Positions 1 through 9,278 of a stretch of DNA of 64,000 nucleotides are shown here, in pieces. The number at the start of each line of letters is the position of its first letter. Position 1 is the stretch's first letter. Source of the stretch: Promethearchaeota archaeon (GTDB taxonomy: Archaea > Asgardarchaeota > Lokiarchaeia > Sigyniarchaeales > SOKP01); NCBI GenBank assembly GCA_048939995.1, contig JBHLOY010000003.1, positions 288,001 to 352,000 on the forward strand. The letters are read 5' to 3'. Under the pieces are notes generated by a model. It saw only the letters and a list, made by a program, of their open reading frames with translations. It did no database searches and was not told the origin of the DNA. The translations under genes and the position numbers were made by a program.

Positions 1-1
1 G

Positions 2-709
2 AGTATTAAAGAGGAATTAGGGCAATATGGAGATGCTGCTCGAGAACATGTTGATCATGCAAAAGAGAAACTTATGAAACTCCGCGAAAGAATTGATAAA
101 CATGAAGCAAAATTTAATGAAAGACTCAAAAAGAAAGTGGAAAAAGCAGCAAAAAAAGCTGCTAGAATTAATATTTCTGTTGATCCTGACGTAAGTGATG
201 AGTGGAGAGATTGGGCAGAAGGATTAGGTGCTTCAGTATCAGAATTGGTTCGTAAGTCTATGAAGTTTGTAAAAAATAATATTGGAGATCTCCAAAAGCT
301 GGAAAAACTTGGACCAATTCTTGAAGATGCTTTTGATGGGAGTGGCATAGAAGAACTGGGAGATAAGATTGAAAAAGCCGTAAAGAAATCTGGTATTCAA
401 GATTTGGGAAAAAAAATTGAGAAATTCAAAACGAAAGATCTTGGTGCAAAAATAAAGATCGATATTTCTGATGACACTGATAAGGAACGAGCGAAGAAAA
501 GAATTCAAGGATTAATAAAACTAAAGAATTCAATACCTATTGAAAAATTAGCTCAAGTCTTAAGTATTCCCCAAGAAGAGGCAGAAAACATGATCTATGA
601 ATTAGCTGCAGAGGGCATAGAAGGCACTTTACAGGAAGGAATCTTCCAATTTGAGGGAGATTCGGAGAGAGTAATCGAAGCTCTATTTAAATTGATTGAT
701 AAATTATAA
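2..709 (+). CDS. Ribbon-helix-helix-containing protein with C-terminal winged-helix (PCI-like) domain; 5' end probably outside the window
   Basis: Frame is open from position 2 (SIKEELGQYGDAAREH...) into ORF 74..709. RINISVDPDVSDEWRDWAEGLGASVSELVRKSM fits an RHH pattern; IPIEKLAQVLSIPQEEAENMIYELAAEGIEG fits a wHTH. Confidence 0.6.
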   Translation, partial: SIKEELGQYGDAAREHVDHAKEKLMKLRERIDKHEAKFNERLKKKVEKAAKKAARINISVDPDVSDEWRDWAEGLGASVSELVRKSMKFVKNNIGDLQKLEKLGPILEDAFDGSGIEELGDKIEKAVKKSGIQDLGKKIEKFKTKDLGAKIKIDISDDTDKERAKKRIQGLIKLKNSIPIEKLAQVLSIPQEEAENMIYELAAEGIEGTLQEGIFQFEGDSERVIEALFKLIDKL

Positions 710-722
710 GGGTGTTAAAAGA

Positions 723-2009
723 ATGGAAGTAGTACCTACTAAGGAAAGTTTTAAACATTATATGTTTTTTTGGAGTGGTCAATTATTTTCTCTGCTAGGT
801 TCGATGGTGGTATTTTTTGTATTAACTTTTTGGTTAGCAGATGTATATGGGGACCCTATAATATCTTCTTTTGCTTCATTTCTATATATAATGATGATGA
901 CTATATGTATGCCTTTTGCTGGTGTAATTGCAGATAGAATTAATCGAAAATGGTTGATTATAATTGCTGATTCATCACAAGCTTTCTTTACGTTTATATT
1001 AATATTTCTATTTCAATTAGGATTAGCAAATTTTTGGATGGTTTATATCTTCATTAGTTTACGAAGTGTTTTTCAAGCATTCCATGTACCAACAGTAAAT
1101 GCAATTATTCCTACGATGGTACCAAAAGATAAATTATCAAGAATAAACGGTGTTAACTTTTTATTTACAGGTGTTGTTCAATTTTTTGCACCATTCATCG
1201 CAGCCACATTATTAGTTCTTTTCGCTTCATCAGTATATCTAATTTTCTGGATAGACATTATTACTTTTTTTATAGCATTAGCACCATTGCTATCAATTAC
1301 TATACCATTAGTTAAAGAAAGCAATCATCGCGAGACCGAGAAAAAATCTTTTAGAAAAGAATTTAAATTAGGGCTTAAAACATTAAAATTTATTCCTGGA
1401 TTAATTATAATGATAGTCCTTTCAATGCTTCTGAACTTCTTAATTAGACCTATTGATTCTCTTCTTGCTTTATTTATCATTGATGTTCATGGGGGTGGAG
1501 CAGGAGAATTAGCAATTGTCCAAATGTGTTTTACAGGAGGTATGATTGCCGGAGCTCTATTAACTTCAGTAAAAAAAAATTGGAATAATAAGATAAGAGT
1601 AATTTTTATTAGTCTTGTTTTTGCATTGCTGGGATATATGACTTTTGGAATAGCTCCCCCAGGTTTATTCCTTATAATAGGTATAGGAGGTGCTGTTTTA
1701 GGTTTCAATCTACCGATAATTAATTCGCTCTATCAAACATTCATTCAAACCACAGTTCCAGCTGATAAACTAGGAAGAGTCACTTCAATTGATCATACCG
1801 TATCTTCAGCAATTTCACCAGCTGGGTCACTACTTTCGGGACCAGTGGCCCTTTTTTTGGGCATTCCAGCTTTATTTTTCTATTGTGGATTAATTGGTGT
1901 CATTTGTACTATTGGATTTTGGACTTTTACAGGCATTAAGAAAGTTGATATGGACAGTAAGGATGCACTTGATGATATTAGTGGTAATATAAATAATATT
2001 TCAATTTAA
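723..2009 (+). CDS. MFS efflux transporter (DHA3/MefA-like)
   Basis: About 12 hydrophobic segments, with motifs FWSGQLFSLLGS, AGVIADRINRK and VPADKLGRV. The ATG at 723 is the likelier start because it avoids overlap with the upstream gene. Confidence 0.9.
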   Translation: MEVVPTKESFKHYMFFWSGQLFSLLGSMVVFFVLTFWLADVYGDPIISSFASFLYIMMMTICMPFAGVIADRINRKWLIIIADSSQAFFTFILIFLFQLGLANFWMVYIFISLRSVFQAFHVPTVNAIIPTMVPKDKLSRINGVNFLFTGVVQFFAPFIAATLLVLFASSVYLIFWIDIITFFIALAPLLSITIPLVKESNHRETEKKSFRKEFKLGLKTLKFIPGLIIMIVLSMLLNFLIRPIDSLLALFIIDVHGGGAGELAIVQMCFTGGMIAGALLTSVKKNWNNKIRVIFISLVFALLGYMTFGIAPPGLFLIIGIGGAVLGFNLPIINSLYQTFIQTTVPADKLGRVTSIDHTVSSAISPAGSLLSGPVALFLGIPALFFYCGLIGVICTIGFWTFTGIKKVDMDSKDALDDISGNINNISI

Positions 2010-2036
2010 TATTCTTTTAGAAAGAGTTGATATGAT

Positions 2037-3140
2037 ATGGTTGAACTAGAGAATGTTTACAGAAGGTTGCAACAACATCTTGATCAAATGCCAATTGGAT
2101 TTCCTAAGGCAAAATCTGGTTCAGATTTGCGTCTTTTAAAAATCTTGTTTACACCCGAAGAAGCTAAAATCGCAAGTTTCTTAAAATTTGGTTGGTATCG
2201 AGATATTGAGGCATTAGATCAGATCTATAGTCGTATAAAGTCTACAGGAATCTCCCTACAAGAGTTAGAAAAATCATTGGAAATTATGGCAACAAAGGGA
2301 ATTATATTATCAAAGAGAGAAGGAAAGAAAAAATATTATGGAAATGCACCTTTAATCGTAGGAATGTACGAGTTTCAAGTTGATAAGCTCTCAAAAGAAT
2401 TTCTGGAAGCTTTAGGAGCTTACTTAGGCGAGATTTGGGGTAAAGAAGCAAATCCCACCAACATTGATCAAATGCGATATATACCTGTTGAAGTAAGTAT
2501 TGAACCTGAACATGGTATTGCTCATTATGAAAATGTGAGACAGATTATTGAGAGCTGCACTGGTCCATTCGTAAAAGTTAATTGTGTTTGTCGCCAAACT
2601 AATGACCTCCTTGGCGAACCATGTAAAATGACCAATCACAGAGATAATTGTCTTGGATTTGGGCCTATGGCACAAATGTATATTGATCAAGGATATGGTA
2701 TTGAAATCAGTAAAGAGGAGACTCTCAAAATTTTAGAACGGAATAGAAAAGAAGGTTTAATATTACGTCCAAACAATTCTCAAAATGTGGAATTTATTTG
2801 TAGCTGTTGTTATTGTTGTGATGGAGCGATCTCGAGTCTTCAAGAAATGACAGAACCGGCCAATTATGTTCTATCTAACTACTATTCAGAAATAGACCCC
2901 ATATTATGTACAGGATGTAGTACTTGTATTGAACGCTGTCAAATTAAAGCAATTACTCTTATTGATAATAAATGTTTAATTGATAAAAAAAGATGTATTG
3001 GGTGCGGGAATTGTATTGGAACTTGTCCTTCAGATGCTATAGCTCTCCATAAAAAGAAAGAACAATTCATCCCACCACCAACTATGGATGATTTATATGA
3101 TTTAATTCAAAAAGAAAAAATGAAAATGAAAAATCAATAA
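2037..3140 (+). CDS. 4Fe-4S dicluster (ferredoxin-domain) protein with N-terminal HTH-like region
   Basis: CTGCSTCIERC and CIGCGNCIGTCP ferredoxin motifs, plus CVCR and ICSCCYCC clusters. Confidence 0.85.
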   Translation: MVELENVYRRLQQHLDQMPIGFPKAKSGSDLRLLKILFTPEEAKIASFLKFGWYRDIEALDQIYSRIKSTGISLQELEKSLEIMATKGIILSKREGKKKYYGNAPLIVGMYEFQVDKLSKEFLEALGAYLGEIWGKEANPTNIDQMRYIPVEVSIEPEHGIAHYENVRQIIESCTGPFVKVNCVCRQTNDLLGEPCKMTNHRDNCLGFGPMAQMYIDQGYGIEISKEETLKILERNRKEGLILRPNNSQNVEFICSCCYCCDGAISSLQEMTEPANYVLSNYYSEIDPILCTGCSTCIERCQIKAITLIDNKCLIDKKRCIGCGNCIGTCPSDAIALHKKKEQFIPPPTMDDLYDLIQKEKMKMKNQ

Positions 3141-3143
3141 GTT

Positions 3144-3713
3144 TTAACTAGGAGTAAGGAGTAATTTGTCTTGCTCTATTTCTTCCTTATTTTCGTATAA
3201 TCCAAAATAATCCCAAATTTCTAGAGCAAAATCAACAAAAGCATGACCCTTAGCAGTAATTAGATTTGAGTCCTTTACTATTCTGCTCTCAATATAATTA
3301 TCCCTTGGAAAGGGATCAATTTCTTTCTTCTCTTCATAATATTCTGGTAGTAAAGAAGTAGTATACTTTTTATCATTAAGAATACCACTTTTCGCCAGAA
3401 ATTCCGGAGCAGCACATATAGCAGCAATTAGCTTTTTTTCTCCATTAAGTTTTTGAATTAATGACATTAGTTCTGGTTTAAATTCTCTTATGGATCCCCC
3501 TGGTATTAAAAGACCATAGATGTCTTCTCCATCAGAGATTTCTGAAACAGTCTTATCCGGGATTATCTTTAAGCCTCCTGAACTTATTATAGGAGCCTTG
3601 TCATAAGCAATGTATACTAGATTATAGTCTTCCATTTCATTCAAATACGAGCATGTAAAGACAGTTTCGAAATCTACAAATTTTTCATAAATATAACATA
3701 ATACGTTTTTCAT
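3144..3713 (-). CDS. DJ-1/PfpI family protein
   Basis: LLIPGG, IAAICAAPEFLA nucleophile elbow and LITAKG motifs. Confidence 0.9.
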   Translation of the reverse strand: MKNVLCYIYEKFVDFETVFTCSYLNEMEDYNLVYIAYDKAPIISSGGLKIIPDKTVSEISDGEDIYGLLIPGGSIREFKPELMSLIQKLNGEKKLIAAICAAPEFLAKSGILNDKKYTTSLLPEYYEEKKEIDPFPRDNYIESRIVKDSNLITAKGHAFVDFALEIWDYFGLYENKEEIEQDKLLLTPS

Positions 3714-3748
3714 TTTTATACCTCATATTATAATATAAAGATTTGATT

Positions 3749-4564
3749 TTAGCCCAAACTCTCCCAAAATTTAGGAGGAGGGTGATTAGTGTTTTTATTT
3801 ACTCGAGTGTCATGATAACAACAATCGCAACAATTATCCCCTTGCATTATTGTTTTTGTTCTTGTTAAAGTAAACTCGGGATTATAGTTTTTTACTTGCA
3901 CAAGATCTTGATAACACATCATAGAGAAGCAAAGCTCTTTATCATATCCCTGTTGAAGCAATTCCTCTGCCCATCTGCATTTGTTAATTTTTAAAATCAT
4001 TTTATCCTTGTCAGTTATCATTATAGTTCCTTTATGGGCTTGCCATTCTTTATTAATCTTCTTAAAATAATCAATTAAATCCTCAAGACTATTATAATAA
4101 TTATCTGGATTACGTAGGCTCTTGATATGTCGAGTAATAAAATCCTTTATAAAATTGATGGCTTCTTCTCTTGAAATGACATTCAATAATGAATTTGCTT
4201 GTAAGTAATCAAAATTGGTATACGTCTTGACAAGATCCCCCACATCGACACTTACCTCTTCATCAATAGGAGAATTCTGATATTTGGGATAATTCAGTAA
4301 GTTTAATATTTTATTGATGCTTTTATTGAGTAGTAGAGGATTTTTCTGATATATTTCATTCTCGCTATCTATAGAAATTCCATAATCTAGATTTATCTCA
4401 CATTGTGAAATTACTTCTTCCATATATTTATTCATTAAATCAGGTAATTCTTTTTGAATGTGATGTAAAAACTCTGCAAATCCAGCTAAATTATTATTTA
4501 TTATTTCTTTTATTTTTAGTCTTCTGGTTGCCTTCTCATTATAGATGTACTCATCTTTTTCCAT
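3749..4564 (-). CDS. L-2-amino-thiazoline-4-carboxylic acid hydrolase-family (V4R-like) protein
   Basis: C-terminal CRWAE...CYQD...LTRTKTIMQGDNCCDCCYH pattern. Confidence 0.75.
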   Translation of the reverse strand: MEKDEYIYNEKATRRLKIKEIINNNLAGFAEFLHHIQKELPDLMNKYMEEVISQCEINLDYGISIDSENEIYQKNPLLLNKSINKILNLLNYPKYQNSPIDEEVSVDVGDLVKTYTNFDYLQANSLLNVISREEAINFIKDFITRHIKSLRNPDNYYNSLEDLIDYFKKINKEWQAHKGTIMITDKDKMILKINKCRWAEELLQQGYDKELCFSMMCYQDLVQVKNYNPEFTLTRTKTIMQGDNCCDCCYHDTRVNKNTNHPPPKFWESLG

Positions 4565-4580
4565 ATTCGTGCCCTCTTAA

Positions 4581-5297
4581 TCAGAATTTATAGATTACCT
4601 CAAAGGGTAAATCATTAAAAATATCTTCCGCAAGTTTTTTAAATTCTCCATCTAAGGCTTTATATCCCCTACAAGCATAATTCTTTAGAAGAAATTTAGT
4701 TGGTAGTAACTCCGATACTAATTTTTTCAATCCGAGTAAACTTTTCTGATTATCGTTAATTCCTTCTAAAATTACGCTTACTACGATTAGTTCTCCTTTA
4801 AATGTTTTTCTAAATAACCTCACCCCTTCAATTAAATCTTCTAAATAAATTCCCTCGTGTTGTCTACATATCTCTTGAAATTCATTTGGAATAACACTCA
4901 CGAGTTCAATTAACATTAAATCACACAAAGAACAATCTTCTCTTACTTCCTTGCGAGAAAGGAGGGAACCATTCGTTGAAATTCCAATTTTTATGTTTGG
5001 ATACATTCTTTTTATTAACATTGAAAGCTGTTTAAAAGACGCATAAAGAGTAGGTTCTCCAAATCCCGTCATCCAAACAATATTGGGTTCTCCTTTTAGT
5101 TCAATATATTCTCTAATTTCTCTAAAAATATCTCCAGGAGGATAAAATTCTTTTCTTTCAATGGTTTTATCTGTTGTTGGACCAGTTCCACAATAAATAC
5201 AATTAAAATTACATACTTTGAAAGGGTTAAAATTTATAGATAAAACTTTACCAAATCTACTGTCTTCTTTAAATCCCTTAACAAATTTCCACCCCAT
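4581..5297 (-). CDS. Radical SAM protein, COG0731-like (cassette copy 1, intact CxxxCxxC)
   Basis: CNFNCIYC, GFGEPTL, TNGSLL and GINDN motifs. Confidence 0.9.
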   Translation of the reverse strand: MGWKFVKGFKEDSRFGKVLSINFNPFKVCNFNCIYCGTGPTTDKTIERKEFYPPGDIFREIREYIELKGEPNIVWMTGFGEPTLYASFKQLSMLIKRMYPNIKIGISTNGSLLSRKEVREDCSLCDLMLIELVSVIPNEFQEICRQHEGIYLEDLIEGVRLFRKTFKGELIVVSVILEGINDNQKSLLGLKKLVSELLPTKFLLKNYACRGYKALDGEFKKLAEDIFNDLPFEVIYKF

Positions 5298-5321
5298 AAT
5301 CCCTTCACATATACTTTGCTC

Positions 5322-7862
5322 TTAATCTTCATCTGAATTTAATTCAAATTGCTTTATCTTTAATAAATAATTGTTAGCTTTCTTTAACCAATGCTCCTTT
5401 TTCTCCATTTCACATAAACATGAATGGGTGTAATCCTTCCCTTGTTCTAACATTTGGATGGATAGGTCATATTCTTTAAGATGATAGAAACAAATACCCA
5501 TTTTAATGAAAGTTTGATATACAAAAAACCCATAAGGCTCTAGACCTATAGCTGTTTTAAATAACTCGATTGCCTTCTTATAATGTTTAAATATCATTAA
5601 TATTTCTCCATACGAATCATGGTAATTTCCATTGTTTGGCTCTAAACTTACTAATTTTTCAGCTAAATCAATTGATTCTTTCTCACGATCTAGATAAGCT
5701 AAACCATAAACCATACTATTTACTAAATCATTGTCATCATGATATAATTCCATGAGTTTACTTAAAATTTCGTATGATTCCTCATATCTCTTCGGATCAT
5801 TTTCATAATAACCCATCTTAATCAACATATATGCTTTTTTATGCAATATATGCTTACTCTTGTCAGGAAACATAGGTAAAATTTCAGCTATCAATTCTAA
5901 TGCTTCATCAAATCTTTTGCCTAAGTTATACCCAAGTATCTTATTGTAGTAATAATCAATAATTTTAGGTCTTAACTCAATTGCCTCATCAATTGCTTCA
6001 AATGCTTCTTCAAATTGTCTTAACTCAAATAAAATTATTGCTTTTAACTGATAACATCGTGAGATGTTTAATTCACTTGACTCGAGAGAGATTGCCTCCT
6101 CGATTTCTTTGACAAACTTGTCTAATTTAACCTGATTTTTGTCCCATTCGAAAATAGTATTATATCCCAGTACCATTGCTCTATTCAAATGAGAAATAGG
6201 ATGATCGGAGTGAAAACTTATACTATCCTCTGAAATTTTGAATGCTTTCTTAAAATCCCCTATTGATAAATGTGAAAAGCTAAGAATAAATAAAATTACC
6301 GGTATAAGATCATTTCGGCCTAATTCCTCCAATTTATCAAGTTGTTTATCTAAAATTTCAATTGCTTCTTTCAGGTTACTATATAGACATAGAACAATTG
6401 ACTTTAATATGTACAACTCAACTTTTTTTGCATCAGATTTAAGTGCAGAACCAATTAGTTCCAAAGCTTTGTTCACATCTTTATTATCAATACAAGACAA
6501 CACTTCTTTAAATAATGGTTTAATGTCTTTGATATAATATTCTGCTAATGCTTTCAAAACTTCTGGATATAAATAATACCTTACTTCTTTCTGCCCTTTA
6601 AGAGGATGATCCAAATCTTCTGATTCAATAGTTCTGAGCATTAATGGGATATTTTCATAAATAAATCCCTCTAACTTATCAGAAGCATCTACTAACTGTT
6701 TCTCAGTTTCAACTTTATAGGATAAATATTTGATGTATTCTGGTAAAAATTCTTTTAGAGATCCCTTTAAATTTTTATGAAATAAATCATTGCAAATATC
6801 ATCAATAATATCATCAATTAAGGTATACATTGTATAATAAGGATATCCACTTAATTTATTTAGATAAGTAAATTTCGTTACATAATCGTCAACAATAGCT
6901 CGAAGCACCCGCTCAATTTTTTCATCTGACTGAAAATAAAAATGCTTATCACCATCAAATTTCAAACTCCAAAATTTAATCGGATAGATCTCCTTCTCTA
7001 CAATCTGATGAATATGAAATTTCAAGATGATCTCTTCAATATCATATCGTAAAGCAAATTCATCTGGAGAAATATATCTTGGATATGAATCAGGATGATT
7101 TATCGAGAAAAATAGTAATAACTTCTTGAAATCTTCCTCATCATCTAGTGAATTCTGCACTTTAGCATAATCCATCTTTAATACATTATTTAAAAATCGA
7201 AATTTTACATCCTTATCCTCAATACTATACTTTCTAAAGAATTCTCGCGTCTTTTTGGTGATCTCTTCAATCCTTTTACTCTCTTCCTCTAAAATAGATT
7301 GTCGGTCAAGATCATATAATCGTAACATGCGAGAATACTCTATTTTTCCCGCTTCTGTAATCTTATATCGCTTATTATCTTTCTGGACATAACTATTCTC
7401 CATTAATAGATTTAAATTTTTTGAGAGTGATGATTGGTTTATATAAACAGGTGTATTCTCCCTAAGAAAATCACTCCATTTGCAGTAACTATTATTGTAT
7501 AACATCCATAAGATCCAATGATCATAATTCCTCCTTCTTAAAACCGCTTTGGGAGGATAATTCAATCTCCTCTTTGATTTTTTCCGACGCGATAATTCAT
7601 GATACCTCTCTCTACCGGCATTTGTAATTATATAGATACCTCTCTTGATATTCTCTATATATCCTTTACTTTCTAACCGATTCTTGTAATTTGAAAGGGT
7701 TGATTGACTAATACTTACTGGATCTTCAGTAAAATGAGACCATTCACACTCATTATTATTATATAACATCCAAAGTATAATAAGCTCAAAATTTCTCTTA
7801 CCCATAGGAGAATTAGATAAAATTTCTTCAGGAGGCAAGTTTACTTGCTCACTTTTACTCAT
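5322..7862 (-). CDS. Tandem winged-helix + TPR putative transcriptional regulator (cassette copy 1)
   Basis: Two N-terminal ILWMLYNN..C.WS.F...I.QS.LS wHTH repeats and a C-terminal TPR array. The ATG at 7862 (MSKSEQV) matches the paralog N-termini better than 7937. Confidence 0.8.
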   Translation of the reverse strand: MSKSEQVNLPPEEILSNSPMGKRNFELIILWMLYNNNECEWSHFTEDPVSISQSTLSNYKNRLESKGYIENIKRGIYIITNAGRERYHELSRRKKSKRRLNYPPKAVLRRRNYDHWILWMLYNNSYCKWSDFLRENTPVYINQSSLSKNLNLLMENSYVQKDNKRYKITEAGKIEYSRMLRLYDLDRQSILEEESKRIEEITKKTREFFRKYSIEDKDVKFRFLNNVLKMDYAKVQNSLDDEEDFKKLLLFFSINHPDSYPRYISPDEFALRYDIEEIILKFHIHQIVEKEIYPIKFWSLKFDGDKHFYFQSDEKIERVLRAIVDDYVTKFTYLNKLSGYPYYTMYTLIDDIIDDICNDLFHKNLKGSLKEFLPEYIKYLSYKVETEKQLVDASDKLEGFIYENIPLMLRTIESEDLDHPLKGQKEVRYYLYPEVLKALAEYYIKDIKPLFKEVLSCIDNKDVNKALELIGSALKSDAKKVELYILKSIVLCLYSNLKEAIEILDKQLDKLEELGRNDLIPVILFILSFSHLSIGDFKKAFKISEDSISFHSDHPISHLNRAMVLGYNTIFEWDKNQVKLDKFVKEIEEAISLESSELNISRCYQLKAIILFELRQFEEAFEAIDEAIELRPKIIDYYYNKILGYNLGKRFDEALELIAEILPMFPDKSKHILHKKAYMLIKMGYYENDPKRYEESYEILSKLMELYHDDNDLVNSMVYGLAYLDREKESIDLAEKLVSLEPNNGNYHDSYGEILMIFKHYKKAIELFKTAIGLEPYGFFVYQTFIKMGICFYHLKEYDLSIQMLEQGKDYTHSCLCEMEKKEHWLKKANNYLLKIKQFELNSDED

Positions 7863-7956
7863 AACAATAACTCTTTTACGGTAATCTATTCCATAATATA
7901 TAATTAGTAAAAGTTCAATATAAGGTTTCTCGTTCACAAGTCGATATGAACATTAT

Positions 7957-7974
7957 TTGAAGTTCGAACTTCAA
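7957..7974. promoter_or_regulatory. Perfect 18-bp palindrome, putative operator
   Basis: TTGAAGTTCGAACTTCAA in the divergent intergenic region; its TGAAGT-N4-ACTTCA core recurs at 34753-34768. Confidence 0.6.
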
Positions 7975-8058
7975 CTGAACAACATGAAGATAAACTAAAT
8001 ATGCACTTAGTGATTATAATTTCTTAAGAAAAAAAACTTAAAAAAGGAGTTAAAAAAA

Positions 8059-8319
8059 ATGGTACAAGTATATGAAAAGCATGGAATAGAAGACCTATTA
8101 GAGGTTAAAGCATGTGTAGTAGAGTCGCTCCCTGTAGTAGAGGAATGCACAGAATGCAGAGAAAGTAAAGAGGAGCAGAGCAAATCGCGATCATTTTTCA
8201 ATAGACTTTCAAAAAAGAACGTTAATTCCAAATCAAACGCTAAAATTTTAGAGGAGCAAGTCCATATCGACAAGCTCAAGCGTGGACTTCCTATTTCAGG
8301 GAGATTTTATATGGGCTAA
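8059..8319 (+). CDS. Small protein divergent from wHTH-TPR copy 1
   Basis: AAGGAG RBS upstream; the N-terminus MVQVYEK...LLEV resembles MVQVLEK...LVEV at 34866. Confidence 0.7.
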   Translation: MVQVYEKHGIEDLLEVKACVVESLPVVEECTECRESKEEQSKSRSFFNRLSKKNVNSKSNAKILEEQVHIDKLKRGLPISGRFYMG

Positions 8320-8361
8320 AAAAGCCGAATATTAAAAAAATTAAAAAATGAGGAGAGAAAA

Positions 8362-8433
8362 ATGAATAAAAATGAAGAATTAAGAGTATCTGATATAATA
8401 GTTATTCAGAATCCAGCATATATAATGTATTAA
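8362..8433 (+). CDS. 23-aa peptide MNKNEELRVSDIIVIQNPAYIMY (below the ORF-track size cutoff)
   Basis: GAGGAG RBS upstream; paralog of identical length at 11356-11427. Confidence 0.65.
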   Translation: MNKNEELRVSDIIVIQNPAYIMY

Positions 8434-8503
8434 ATAAATCAATCAATTTTTTTATTTTTAATTAACCATTACGGGTACATTTTTCATTTCCATTATTGAC
8501 ACA

Positions 8504-8562
8504 TAAGGGAGGGGTGTTGGATTGATTTTTTATCACTTTTCCTTTACCTTTTCCCTCCCTTA
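8504..8562. repeat. Hairpin element copy 1 (TAAGGGAGGG-N39-CCCTCCCTTA)
   Basis: 10-bp perfect inverted repeat; homologous copy at 23235-23293. Confidence 0.65.
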
Positions 8563-8592
8563 ACCTTTATCTTTTTAAATTGTATTTTGATT

Positions 8593-9096
8593 TTAAAAGG
8601 CTGAATGGCATTCTTCCACAATAGTACATGTCGGACAGACTTTACGTTTCATATGAATAAGCATTAAAGATAGCGCAGCTATAAATCCAATTAAAAATAT
8701 TAAAGCAAATAAAGAAAAGTTCAGAAAAAACGAAATAATTATTAAAATAATTGGTGAAAAAAACGTTATGAAAAAATTGATGCTCCATTTTTTTGCACAA
8801 GTTACATGCTTCTTTAGATACATTTCTTTCCATTTATCTAAAGGCAAGAGATTCGTGCTAATCATTCCTGTCTCATCATCTGTTGTTGTTTCCTTTACCC
8901 TATAATAACAATATTGACAATGCTTTAATGGCATTGCAAAAAAGTAAAACCCTATATAAAATGTTAAATACACCATAGCAACCCAAAAGTTAAGAAATAT
9001 TATCCCTATAGTACCAAAAGCCAACATAGCAAACCTCAAAACCCATTGAACTACAGGTTTAGTGTAGGGACACTTTAAATTAAATATCATATTCAT
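8593..9096 (-). CDS. Membrane protein with Cys clusters (hypothetical)
   Basis: About 4 TM segments; CQYC and CPTC...C motifs. Confidence 0.7.
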   Translation of the reverse strand: MNMIFNLKCPYTKPVVQWVLRFAMLAFGTIGIIFLNFWVAMVYLTFYIGFYFFAMPLKHCQYCYYRVKETTTDDETGMISTNLLPLDKWKEMYLKKHVTCAKKWSINFFITFFSPIILIIISFFLNFSLFALIFLIGFIAALSLMLIHMKRKVCPTCTIVEECHSAF

Positions 9097-9235
9097 TCAA
9101 CCTAGATTAAATTAACTATTTACAATTTCTCAATGCTTCATTTCTTTTATATTTGGTTTTTTCTAAGCAGTAATATTATTTTGGGGTAAAAACAGATATA
9201 GTAAGCTTTTAACAAGATTTTTCAATAAAAATTTC

Positions 9236-9263
9236 ATTGAACTTAGACGCTGAATTTACCTTC
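9236..9263. repeat. 28-bp intergenic repeat, copy A
   Basis: ATTGAACTTAGACGCTGAATTTACCTTC. Confidence 0.7.
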
Positions 9264-9278
9264 TATAACAAGTTAAGT

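Noticed and set aside
4581-5297. Calling the radical SAM protein Tyw1/Taw1 wyosine synthase
   Set aside because: It is too short and lacks the N-terminal auxiliary-cluster region; only family-level similarity is supportable.
7863-7937. N-terminal extension of wHTH-TPR copy 1 given in the ORF track
   Set aside because: It overlaps the conserved promoter block, and the paralogs start at the position equivalent to 7862.
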